Below, piece after piece: positions 1 to 8,838 of a stretch of 32,000 nt of DNA (the first letter of the stretch is position 1; each line of letters opens with the position of its first letter). The notes under the pieces are model-generated. The model saw nothing but the letters and a program-made list of their open reading frames with translations, did no database searches and was not told where the DNA came from. Made by a program: the position numbers and the translations under genes. The stretch is from Candidatus Atelocyanobacterium thalassa isolate ALOHA (GTDB taxonomy: Bacteria > Cyanobacteriota > Cyanobacteriia > Cyanobacteriales > Microcystaceae). The DNA is taken from contig NC_013771.1 of the NCBI RefSeq assembly GCF_000025125.1, positions 510,001-542,000 of the forward strand. Direction: 5' to 3'.

Positions 1-204
1 CTGGAGCAAATAGCAGTAAAGTTTTACATGGCTTGGAAACGTTTAGGCAATATTTCAGAAAAATTATACATAAATTCCGGAGAAAGTAGCCCTAATCTAA
101 GAGCTATGCTGACATCTCTAGAATCATTAAGTGGAGAAATTGTAGAAGTACCACTCAACGAATTAAAAGATAAGGTTATTAAATTAGGTGTTCTTAATGA
201 ATAA
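1..204 (+). CDS. 3' end of an unidentified protein-coding gene, truncated by the window edge
   Basis: Frame +1 is open from base 1 for 67 codons (LEQIAVKFYMAWKRLGNISEKLYINSGESSPNLRAMLTSLESLSGEIVEVPLNELKDKVIKLGVLNE) and ends at TAA 202-204. Two strong hairpins follow directly. The tracked minus ORF 24..227 is Ser/Leu/Asn-rich and looks like its antisense shadow. I do not recognise the product. Confidence 0.5.
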   Translation: MEQIAVKFYMAWKRLGNISEKLYINSGESSPNLRAMLTSLESLSGEIVEVPLNELKDKVIKLGVLNE

Positions 205-257
205 GTAATATTAAAATTATCTGACAATTCTAATATTAAGAACTACTAAATGTACTT

Positions 258-299
258 AACCATAGAATATATTTGTAATTACAAATATATTCTATGGTT
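258..299. repeat. Perfect 42-bp palindrome (20-bp arms around a central AT) between a convergent CDS and tRNA-Phe
   Basis: aaccatagaatatatttgta-at-tacaaatatattctatggtt, and the reverse complement of the left arm equals the right arm exactly. It is probably a 3' stem-loop or bidirectional terminator. Confidence 0.8.
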
Positions 300-305
300 A
301 AAACT

Positions 306-359
306 AAATAAGTTAAAGCATCTTTGACTTAAGAAAAAGACACTTTAACTTATTTTTTT
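306..359 (+). terminator. Intrinsic-terminator-like hairpin with T-run, lying between the convergent CDS and tRNA-Phe
   Basis: Arm aaataagttaaag (306-318) pairs perfectly with ctttaacttattt (343-355). There is inner pairing tcttt/aaaga, and the T-run continues to 359. On the minus strand it sits immediately 3' of tRNA-Phe. Confidence 0.55.
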
Positions 360-360
360 A

Positions 361-433
361 TGCCAGGAGGCGGGCTTGAACCGCCGACACGAGGATTTTC
401 AGTCCACTGCTCTACCAACTGAGCTATCCCGGC
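361..433 (-). tRNA. trnF: tRNA-Phe (anticodon GAA)
   Basis: The reverse complement reads GCCGGGATAGCTCAGTTGGTAGAGCAGTGGACTGAAAATCCTCGTGTCGGCGGTTCAAGCCCGCCTCCTGGCA. The 7-bp acceptor stem is GCCGGGA/TCCTGGC with one G-U pair. The D-loop is AGCTCAGTTGGTAGAGC, the anticodon loop is CT-GAA-AA, the T-loop is GGTTCAAGCC and the discriminator is A. No CCA is encoded. Confidence 0.95.
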
Positions 434-460
434 ATAAGATTTATTTGTGTGGCATTGATA

Positions 461-489
461 ATAATAGCAAATTTTTTTCCCTGTTGCAA
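461..489 (-). promoter_or_regulatory. Candidate sigma70-type promoter for tRNA-Phe
   Basis: On the minus strand there is TTGCAA (484-489), a 17-nt spacer and TATTAT (461-466), about 27 nt upstream of the mature tRNA 5' end. -10-like hexamers are common in sequence this AT-rich, so this call is weak. Confidence 0.3.
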
Positions 490-896
490 TAATATTTATA
501 ATTTTTTATGTATAAAAATATTTTCTAGAGTTTTAAAGATCAAACATAAGCTAGAGATATAAGAAAATAGACCTTACAATATTAAAAAAAGGGAATATGT
601 AGTTATTACTAATAGTTAAGCTTCCATAAATATATTATGATTAAAATCAAGTAAATTTTTATCATGAATATCCAAGAATATTAAATTTGGGCATAAAGCG
701 ATGATAATATCACGTAAATAAGACGTAATATTAATATCTCAATAAGGTTTTAAAAGTTTATTTTTTTAATGAATTAGTAATTATGCTTATTGTGATTAAT
801 GAATTTATAACTTTTTATGATGGGTTCCTCTAATTAGAAACGTTTCTTATTGTAAATTTAGAAGTAAGACTAAAGTCATTTTATTGGATTAATATT

Positions 897-1241
897 ATGA
901 ATGGAGACAAAATTGGCACAGAGAATAATGATTGGATAAGACAACTGGTGCTTATGGGTATTGGTACGACTTCAATGGCTGCTGAAAAATTAAAAGAAGC
1001 CAGCGAAGAATGGGTGAAAGAAGGTAAAATCAACCCTGATCAGGCTCAAAGTTTTGTTGATGAACTTTTAGGTCAAATAAAAGTTGGACAAAATAATTTT
1101 GAAATAAATATGGAAAGAGAGATTAGGAATATCCTAAGAGATTTAGGTGTTCCAAGGCAGGCAGAGATAGATGAATTAAGAGGAAGGATTGATAGATTAG
1201 AACATCAAATTAGAGATTTAGAAAATAAATCATGGCGTTAA
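897..1241 (+). CDS. Phasin-family (PHA granule-associated, PhaP-like) small coiled-coil protein
   Basis: 114 aa. The N-terminal segment LVLMGIGTTSMAAEKLKEASEEWVKEG and the C-terminal segment VPRQAEIDELRGRIDRLEHQIRDLE match my memory of the cyanobacterial phasin/COG3937 pattern. Confidence 0.6.
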   Translation: MNGDKIGTENNDWIRQLVLMGIGTTSMAAEKLKEASEEWVKEGKINPDQAQSFVDELLGQIKVGQNNFEINMEREIRNILRDLGVPRQAEIDELRGRIDRLEHQIRDLENKSWR

Positions 1242-1267
1242 AAAGAATTAAACTATTAATAATAGCT

Positions 1268-1306
1268 ACATACAACAAAACTATTATTAATAGTTTTGTT
1301 GTATGT
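1268..1306 (+). terminator. Long 3' stem-loop after the phasin-like gene
   Basis: acatacaacaaaactatta / taatagttttgttgtatgt are 19-bp perfect arms with a minimal loop. There is no clear T-run. Confidence 0.4.
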
Positions 1307-1444
1307 AAGTCATATATCTATAATTAATTTTTATTTTCAATAAAATTAACCTTAATAATTCAAGGATTTATTAGTTTAATAACTTTTCAAAACAACATAT
1401 ATATTTATAATGTATTTAATATTGTTAATAGGTGGCTGAAAAAT

Positions 1445-1798
1445 ATGAACTTAGAAAAAACTATTACCACTACTTCAGGATTGCAATATATTGATATTAG
1501 AGAGGGGGAAGGAGTTGAACCTAAGGCTGGACAATTTGTCTCTGTTCACTATGTGGGTACTCTTGAAAATGGTAAAAAATTTGATAGCTCTTACGATCGT
1601 AAACAACCTTTCTCTTTTAAAATAGGTGTTGGACAGGTAATTAAAGGTTGGGATGAAGGAGTCTCTTCTATGAAGGTTGGAAGTCAAAGAAAATTAATTA
1701 TCCCATCTAATTTAGGATATGGATCAAGAGGAGCAGGAAATGTTATTCCTCCTAATTCTGTATTGATTTTTAATATTGAATTATTAAGCATAGAATAA
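1445..1798 (+). CDS. FKBP-type peptidyl-prolyl cis-trans isomerase
   Basis: 117 aa. Classic FKBP core: VSVHYVGTLENGKKFDSSYDR..PFSFKIGVGQVIKGWDEGV..MKVG..RKLIIPS.LGYG..G....IPPNS.LIF.IELL. An AGGTGG Shine-Dalgarno lies about 8 nt upstream. Confidence 0.93.
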   Translation: MNLEKTITTTSGLQYIDIREGEGVEPKAGQFVSVHYVGTLENGKKFDSSYDRKQPFSFKIGVGQVIKGWDEGVSSMKVGSQRKLIIPSNLGYGSRGAGNVIPPNSVLIFNIELLSIE

Positions 1799-1812
1799 TT
1801 GTGAAAGTATTT

Positions 1813-1860
1813 ATCAAGATTAGAACAAGAGTAATTTCTACTAGTTATTCGAATCTTGAT
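1813..1860 (+). terminator. Imperfect 3' hairpin after the FKBP gene
   Basis: atcaagattagaa ... ttcgaatcttgat are 13-bp arms with 1 mismatch and a roughly 22-nt loop that has inner AGTA/TACT pairing. T-rich sequence follows. Confidence 0.35.
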
Positions 1861-2165
1861 TTAATATTTTCAACCTACAAAGGTATTGAGCTATTAATTA
1901 AGCGATCTTAAAATATAAAAGTCATGTAAAATTATTTGCAAAGTATTAAATCAATTATTCTGTAATAGAAAATAATAGTAATGATTGTTTACCAAAAATC
2001 ATAAATTAAGCTAGAATGATTTAACTTATAATCATATAAATGATATTGATTACCTTGATAGATTTAATTGTTAAGATAACTTGTTCTAGTTTTAGCTTTA
2101 ACTGACACTGATAAAGCATAACTAAATTCTTATCATATACTTCTATCCAAGATACGAGTAAAATT

Positions 2166-3515
2166 ATGCAATTTTCCAAAATATTAATTGCCAACCGCGG
2201 GGAAATAGCTTTACGAATTTTACATAGCTGTGAAGAACTTGGTATTAAAACAGTAGCTGTTCATTCTACAATAGACAATCAATCACTTCATGTTCAATTA
2301 GCTGATGAAAGTATTTGTATTGGTCCACCTTCAAGTAGTAAAAGTTATTTAAATATTCCTAATATTATTTCAGCTGCCTTAATTCACAATGCCACAGCTA
2401 TTCATCCTGGTTATGGATTTTTATCTGAAAATGCGAGATTTGCAGAAATCTGTGCTGATCATAAAATAGTATTTATTGGTCCTTCTCCTGAAGTTATTGA
2501 CGCTATGGGAGATAAATCAACTGCAAAAAAAACAATGCAGAAAGCTGGGGTTCCAACTATACCTGGAAGCTGGGGATTGTTAGAGAGTAAAGAAAATGCG
2601 CTAAGTATTGCTCGCGATATCGGTTATCCTGTAATTATCAAAGCTACAGCAGGCGGTGGTGGAAAAGGAATGCGTTTGGTAAGAGAAGAAAGTGAATTTC
2701 CTAGACTATTTCAAATAGCACAAAGAGAGGCAGAAGCATTTTTTGGCAATCCCAGCGTTTATCTAGAAAAATTTATTGAAAATCCACGCCATATTGAGTT
2801 TCAAATTCTAGCAGATAGCTATGGAAACGTTATTCATTTAGGAGAAAGAGATTGTTCCATTCAACGTCGACATCAAAAACTGTTGGAAGAAGCTCCTAGT
2901 CCTTTTTTAACTCTCCAACTTAGGAAGAAGATGGGAGATGCAGCTATTAAAGCTGCAAAATCTATAAATTATGTTGGAGCTGGTACTATTGAGTTTTTAG
3001 TAGATAGTCAAAGCAATTTTTATTTTATGGAAATGAATACCCGTATTCAAGTAGAACATCCGATAACAGAAATGATTACAGGATTAGACTTGATTACGGA
3101 GCAAATTTCTATTGCTCAGGGAGAAAAGTTAAAACTGAAGCAGAGCGATATTGTATTAAAAGGTCATTCGATAGAATGCCGTATTAATGCTGAAGATCCG
3201 AACTTAAATTTTCGTCCTCATCCTGGTAAGATAAGCGGATATCTTCCTCCTGGAGGGCCAGGGGTTAGAATGGACTCTCATATCTATACTGATTATGAAG
3301 TTCCTCCATATTATGATTCTTTAATCGGAAAATTGATCGTTTGGGGACCAGATCGTCTAACTGCTATTAGAAGAATGAAAAGAGCATTAAAAGAATGTGC
3401 TATTACTGGAGTACCAACCACAATTGACTTTCATAAAAAAGTAATAGAAGTGCCAGCGTTTCTAGCAGGAGAAACATATACTAACTTTATTGAAGAAAAT
3501 ATAATCAATAATTAA
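2166..3515 (+). CDS. accC: Acetyl-CoA carboxylase, biotin carboxylase subunit
   Basis: 449 aa. [14 protein letters not shown], the ATP-grasp glycine loop [29 protein letters not shown] and [16 protein letters not shown] are all diagnostic biotin carboxylase motifs. Confidence 0.97.
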   Translation: MQFSKILIANRGEIALRILHSCEELGIKTVAVHSTIDNQSLHVQLADESICIGPPSSSKSYLNIPNIISAALIHNATAIHPGYGFLSENARFAEICADHKIVFIGPSPEVIDAMGDKSTAKKTMQKAGVPTIPGSWGLLESKENALSIARDIGYPVIIKATAGGGGKGMRLVREESEFPRLFQIAQREAEAFFGNPSVYLEKFIENPRHIEFQILADSYGNVIHLGERDCSIQRRHQKLLEEAPSPFLTLQLRKKMGDAAIKAAKSINYVGAGTIEFLVDSQSNFYFMEMNTRIQVEHPITEMITGLDLITEQISIAQGEKLKLKQSDIVLKGHSIECRINAEDPNLNFRPHPGKISGYLPPGGPGVRMDSHIYTDYEVPPYYDSLIGKLIVWGPDRLTAIRRMKRALKECAITGVPTTIDFHKKVIEVPAFLAGETYTNFIEENIINN

Positions 3516-3667
3516 ATAAATTGTTAAAACATTAAAAATATATAAAAAAGATTACACCTATTTCTTAATGATTTTTGTTGTTATAAATCTATTATTTATA
3601 TATTGAAAAACTAACTTTTTACTTGTATATTTAATTAATAGTATAAAAAACTATCATTTTTTAGCTT

Positions 3668-5170
3668 TTATGTTAGCGGGAAAAAAATAGTAAAGGTCTC
3701 TTCTCTTCTTGAACGTTGACGGATAATTAATTTACCACCTAAACGATGAAAAAGATTTTTTGTCACATCCAAATTTAAGCTAACGCTACCTGTCTCAGGC
3801 TGTAACATTAGTACTTGTCCTAGAGATTCGAGAGGGTTGTGTCGTCCATAAGATTCTGTTTGAAATTGTAACTTCAATTGATGTCCAGCAGTACTAACCT
3901 GAATCCTTATCAAGCCTTGACCAGAAAGGCTTCGAGTACATTTTTCAATTAAAGATGTTAAAACTTTATCTAGCATTTGAGGATCACTAACTACTTGAGG
4001 CAATGTTTTAGGCAATCCTATATCAAGATCTATATTTCGACGTTGTGCCTGTTTTTTCCATCGAGGAATACATCTATTCAACAAACTCTCCAAAGAAGTT
4101 TTAACTAATTCAACAGAAGAATTCTGGTATTTTTTACTTTTTAATTCAGTAGCTCGGAAAATTAATTCCATTCTATTAATTTGTTCGCTACATTCTTGAT
4201 CTATATTTTCTAATAATTGAGTTATTTTTGGTTCTAAATCTTGGTATTTAAGCAATAATCTTGTCATTGTTCGAATACTTGTTAGAGGTGTAAGAACTTC
4301 ATGACTTAGTGCTCGAAGTAAATCTAGATCATTTGCTTTTTCAACATTTGCAACATTAAGAGAAATGTCTTTAGGTAAATGATTATTTTCGCTTACTACA
4401 TCTGAGTCCTTATTGTACGAATTTTTTTTATAAATTATTGTTGATACGGAAGTAAAATTATGGAGTAGTAAACGACTAAATTCTTCAATAATTTGGTAAC
4501 GAGGAAAGATAGGCATAAATCTTTGAACTAATTGATCTAGTTCAAATAATTGAGAATAGCTTAATGTATTGAGACCAAAACGTAATCTTAGCCATCCTCT
4601 ATAATTGATTTCTGGATTAAATGTGAATTGAAATGTAGGAAAGCCTAGAGAATTCTCTCCTAAGACTATCATTAAAGAAAAATGAGAAGTTAATATTAAA
4701 CAAAATTGCTCAGATGCAAGAGGATCTTGTGGAAGTATTGGTAACTCCATTACTCTTGAAATATTATGATGAATCTGGTTAGAGCAATTTATATCTGCAG
4801 GAAGTTTAAATTGCTTCCATAAATTAAGTGTATTAGTTTGTAAAGTAAAAATACCAGTATGTAAAATTTTTATAAGGGCAGGATGACACAGAATTGGGGT
4901 TGGAGCTGATAAGATTAATCCTTGATAATTTTCTTTGCTAACTACAGTTGTTTCTAAATAAGATAAAAGTAATGTCTCTAAAGCAGAAATTGAACTAACC
5001 CATTTTCCTTGTGCTTCTATACGTGCCTGCTTAATATCAATAGTATGTGATTGAAATAAATGAGGTGCAGTTTTTATCCTACTACAGTCATTCATAATCT
5101 TACTAAGATTATCTAATGAAGTCTTAGGAGCATCTAAAAGTCTCTCTTGATTTAATTCTTTGACTCTCAT
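3668..5170 (-). CDS. Sensor histidine kinase-like protein: cytoplasmic N-terminal sensory domain (possibly DICT-like), HisKA, and an atypical HATPase_c
   Basis: 500 aa with no obvious TM segment. The H-box is LSHEVLTPLTSIRT (His290, codon 4301-4303). The C-terminal region is arranged like HATPase_c, but the N, G1 and G2 boxes are not canonical (see findings). Confidence 0.75.
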   Translation of the reverse strand: MRVKELNQERLLDAPKTSLDNLSKIMNDCSRIKTAPHLFQSHTIDIKQARIEAQGKWVSSISALETLLLSYLETTVVSKENYQGLILSAPTPILCHPALIKILHTGIFTLQTNTLNLWKQFKLPADINCSNQIHHNISRVMELPILPQDPLASEQFCLILTSHFSLMIVLGENSLGFPTFQFTFNPEINYRGWLRLRFGLNTLSYSQLFELDQLVQRFMPIFPRYQIIEEFSRLLLHNFTSVSTIIYKKNSYNKDSDVVSENNHLPKDISLNVANVEKANDLDLLRALSHEVLTPLTSIRTMTRLLLKYQDLEPKITQLLENIDQECSEQINRMELIFRATELKSKKYQNSSVELVKTSLESLLNRCIPRWKKQAQRRNIDLDIGLPKTLPQVVSDPQMLDKVLTSLIEKCTRSLSGQGLIRIQVSTAGHQLKLQFQTESYGRHNPLESLGQVLMLQPETGSVSLNLDVTKNLFHRLGGKLIIRQRSRREETFTIFFPLT

Positions 5171-5314
5171 ACTTTTACTATTATAAAGAAAGTTATAAGG
5201 TAGACATATTACAGAAACTTATAATAAAAAGGAAATTTACTTTTGTTAAAGTTCTATACTAGCTATAAATTTGAGGTTTTTATCAAAAAAATAAGATTTT
5301 AGCTAGACAAAAAA

Positions 5315-5938
5315 TTAAGTAATTACCTGATTAAGAATATAATGCAAACGATCATAATCATCCTTTAATAAGATGCCTAGGGCTCTACCAATATGAACTA
5401 ACCAATTTTTGTCAGACTTTTTTAGTAGATATATATTTCTTATGGAGGCTATAATTAAAGCATCTACTGGAGCTTCTTTAACTTGTAATAGAATTCTTAA
5501 AAAATCAAATTTTTTACTAAAATTAATAATCTCCTTCTCTTGACATCTATAAACTGCTTGATGAATTTGAGGAGGACGAGGTGGTAAATATTGATGATAC
5601 ACTTCTGAATCATCTTGGGTCATGAAAGAATTTTTAAAACCAACAATTGTTGCTTTAAATTCTGTTTTAAGCATAGCAAAAATTTGTGGCTGCTGTTCTC
5701 GCAATTCTGCTAAAGATAATCCTAATGCTCTAGTATGATGTACAGAATCTATAGAAGTAGTAGTTGCATAAGTAACAACGGCTAAAATTGTATTTCCTGA
5801 CTCTTCATCTAAAGACTTTACCAAACTTCCAAACGGAGGCATTATAGGAAAACTTAAATCTTTAGTTTCTAAACATTGAGCAAAGAATTGTGTCGTTGAT
5901 GTTTCTATTACTTCTGCAATATAATCTGATTCAATCAT
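5315..5938 (-). CDS. Conserved hypothetical protein (small beta-barrel-like N-terminus plus helical C-terminus)
   Basis: 207-aa intact ORF with a coding-like composition. It lies 144 bp upstream of, and on the same strand as, the kinase-like gene. I recognise no catalytic motif. Confidence 0.7.
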   Translation of the reverse strand: MIESDYIAEVIETSTTQFFAQCLETKDLSFPIMPPFGSLVKSLDEESGNTILAVVTYATTTSIDSVHHTRALGLSLAELREQQPQIFAMLKTEFKATIVGFKNSFMTQDDSEVYHQYLPPRPPQIHQAVYRCQEKEIINFSKKFDFLRILLQVKEAPVDALIIASIRNIYLLKKSDKNWLVHIGRALGILLKDDYDRLHYILNQVIT

Positions 5939-6220
5939 TTTGATGTTAAATTGCTAGGTTAGGTTCGAGAAAAAGCCATAACCTAAACAACAATAGTTAT
6001 GATGTACTTAATAAGCTTTTTTATTTTATGATCTTATTAAAAAGTTTTTTATATTAGATTTAAGATTATAGTAATCTAAAAAACATATATCTGAAGTTTG
6101 TCAAACTATAATTTCAGAAATTCTGTTTTTATGCAAAATCTTTACTCAGTTCTAAAAAATATAATGAGTGTTGGTAAGATTTCTTATAAACTTAAATTCT
6201 GATATATCTAAACTATATGA

Positions 6221-6421
6221 CTACTTTTTCTCTTTCACTTTAGTTTTAGGAATAATTGCCTCAATTTCAGATAAAGGAAAAGTAACTAATTTACTCCAAT
6301 TTCCTCCTTCAAATAAAACAGCAGCTTTTCCATCACTAACTCTTTGTACTAAGCCTTCAAAACAATAGTAGATATCGTCAGAATTAATAATTTTTACAGT
6401 TGTTCCTGGTAAGATTAGCAT
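6221..6421 (-). CDS. ndhS: NDH-1 complex subunit S (NdhS / CRR31-like, ferredoxin-docking subunit)
   Basis: [54 protein letters not shown] closely follows the NdhS pattern as I remember it from Synechocystis Ssl0352 (M.ILPG..V.V.N....[24 protein letters not shown]). I place the start at the ATG at 6419-6421, not the tracked 6475. Confidence 0.85.
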   Translation of the reverse strand: MLILPGTTVKIINSDDIYYCFEGLVQRVSDGKAAVLFEGGNWSKLVTFPLSEIEAIIPKTKVKEKK

Positions 6422-6795
6422 TGCTTTTTCGTAATATACTAGTTCATATATATATATTAGCAGATTAGATTTCAACTCAGCTTTAAGTTGAAATTTTTTA
6501 ATTTATATTATTGCCAACTTGATTCGAATATTAATTAATATTATTGATTTAATATGTTAACTATTACAAATTATTCTTCATACAATATTCTATAAAGATA
6601 TATAGCTAAGAATAAATATATTTTAAGTAATATCTTAATTTATACAAAAGATTAGTTTTTTTAAACAATAATCCGAATGCTTACATTAGTGTCATAAAAT
6701 ATTATTTATCTTAATTAGCTATTTTTTCTCTATCAACTCATCTTTTCATTAGCATATTACTTTAAGAGTCTTTTATTAGGTATGGTAGTTTTATT

Positions 6796-8595
6796 ATGTC
6801 TATTCCACCGATTGTTTTAACATTAATAATTCTATTTTCAGCTCTAATTAGTTTTATTTTTGAGTTTTTTCCTGCGGATACTACAGCAATTGGTATCACA
6901 GTTGTATTGATTGTATGTGGATTAGTAACTCCTGAAGAAGGTACATCTGGTTTTAGTAACTCTGCAACTATTACTGTTATGGCTATGTTTATTTTAAGTG
7001 GTGGAATTACCAGAACTGGAGGACTACAAGTTGTTAGAGATCTTTTATTTCAGATTGGAGGGAAAAACTTAAATAAACAGATTGCTCTTATAGGTATTAT
7101 GGTAGGCTCTATTAGCGCTTTTATTAATAATACTGCAGTTGTTGCTGTTTTTTTGCCGATCATAGAAGCTTTTGGGAAAAAACAAAAAATTTTTCTATCA
7201 AAGCTACTAATTCCGCTTTCTTATACGGCTATTTTAGGTGGAGCTATTACTACAATTGGAACTTCTACTAATATATTGGCAAGTGGCTTGTCTAAGCAGC
7301 TAGGTTATGGAGAGTTTGGGATATTTTTAATTACCCCTATCGGAATTCCAATATTTATTATTGGATTAACCTATTTAACTTTTTTCAGCCCTCAAATACT
7401 ACCAAATGATAAATCAAGTAGTAATGATGGATTTAATGTTGATTATGGAATGAAAGACTACGTTAGTGAAATTATTATTACTCCACGTTCTAATTTAGTT
7501 GGACAGAGTTTACGCCAAAGTAAAATTCAAAGAAAGTTTGACATTGATGTATTAGAAATAATTCATAATAATATTCACTTTCCACAACCTTTAGCTGATA
7601 GGATTTTGTCATTAGGAGACATATTACTAGTTCGTGGAAGCAAAGAAGATTTATTACAGATTAGAGATGAAAAAGGAGTTGATATTTTAGCTAATATTAA
7701 ATTTCATAAAAGGCAATTCAAAGATGAAGTTAATTACAGAGAAGATAAAATAGCTGAAGTTCTTATACTATCTAATTCACGTTTAATAGGATCTACATTG
7801 AAAGATTTACGTTTTCGCCAGAGATATAATGCTACTGTAATCGCTATTCGTAGGGGAGAAGAATTATTAAGAACAAGATTAGGTAAAGTACGTTTGAAGT
7901 TTGGAGATTTATTATTAGTTCAGGGACCAAAAGAAAGTTTTATTGGATTACAGACAACAAGAGAATTACTAGTTCTTGAGGAAAGGGATATCGAAACTTT
8001 AAGACAAAATAAAGCTTACATAGCTATTTTAATTATTTTTGGAGTTGTTACTATTGCTGCGTTAGAAATATTACCAATTTTAGTCAGTAGTTTAGTAGGT
8101 GTTATGTTAATGATTTTTACTGGATGCCTTAAGCCTGGAGAAATTTATGGGACAGTACGTTGGGATATCATCTTTTTATTAGCAGGATTAATTCCTTTAG
8201 GTATTGCTATGGAAAAATCAGGGACTAATTATTGGATAGCGCAGCATATCATTAATATGGGACACTATATCCCTGGATATTTAGTGTTGGTTATTTTTTA
8301 TTTTGTTACTGCTCTATTTACTGAAATACTTTCAAACAATACATCTGTTTTGTTAATGTTACCAGTTGCTGTTGAGGTGGCGGAAGGCTTTGGATTTAAT
8401 CCTATTTCGTTTATGCTAGTAGTTATGTTCGCAGCTTCTAATAGCTTTATTACACCTATAGGATACCAAACAAATACTATGGTTTATGTACCTGGAGGAT
8501 ATCGTTTTTTAGACTTTACTCGTGTAGGATTACCTCTAACCTTGATGTTTACTTTTCTAGTACCATTTCTTGTTAAATCTATATACGGAATATAA
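6796..8595 (+). CDS. SLC13/DASS-type anion permease with two central TrkA-C (RCK_C) domains
   Basis: 599 aa. Multi-pass hydrophobic N- and C-terminal halves flank two soluble repeats, (..LVGQSLRQSKIQRKFDIDVLEIIH...GDILLVRGSKEDL) and (..LIGSTLKDLRFRQRYNATVIAIRRG...GDLLLVQGPKESF), which are typical of TrkA-C. Confidence 0.85.
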   Translation: MSIPPIVLTLIILFSALISFIFEFFPADTTAIGITVVLIVCGLVTPEEGTSGFSNSATITVMAMFILSGGITRTGGLQVVRDLLFQIGGKNLNKQIALIGIMVGSISAFINNTAVVAVFLPIIEAFGKKQKIFLSKLLIPLSYTAILGGAITTIGTSTNILASGLSKQLGYGEFGIFLITPIGIPIFIIGLTYLTFFSPQILPNDKSSSNDGFNVDYGMKDYVSEIIITPRSNLVGQSLRQSKIQRKFDIDVLEIIHNNIHFPQPLADRILSLGDILLVRGSKEDLLQIRDEKGVDILANIKFHKRQFKDEVNYREDKIAEVLILSNSRLIGSTLKDLRFRQRYNATVIAIRRGEELLRTRLGKVRLKFGDLLLVQGPKESFIGLQTTRELLVLEERDIETLRQNKAYIAILIIFGVVTIAALEILPILVSSLVGVMLMIFTGCLKPGEIYGTVRWDIIFLLAGLIPLGIAMEKSGTNYWIAQHIINMGHYIPGYLVLVIFYFVTALFTEILSNNTSVLLMLPVAVEVAEGFGFNPISFMLVVMFAASNSFITPIGYQTNTMVYVPGGYRFLDFTRVGLPLTLMFTFLVPFLVKSIYGI

Positions 8596-8838
8596 TGCTA
8601 CAAGTTAATAATATTATAGAAAATAACTTTCTATCCTAAAGAATTATCTTAAAATTCTCTTGTACCAAAAAACTATTTATAACACTTAAACTGTTGCCGG
8701 AATATGCTTAAGTCAATATTTCTAGAGTAGACAAATAATTATCATATTCCAAAGTTTTTACTAGAAATTTAATGATAAGATATCCAAAATAAAAATAATT
8801 ATTCTAAAAGTTTTAAATTCAGATTTCTTTAGCAATAT

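Noticed and set aside
24-227. 67-aa minus-strand ORF at the window start
   Set aside because: It is antisense to a plus-strand frame that is open from base 1 to a TAA at 202-204 and is followed by terminator hairpins. Its translation is low-complexity and Ser/Leu/Asn-rich. I treat it as a shadow ORF.
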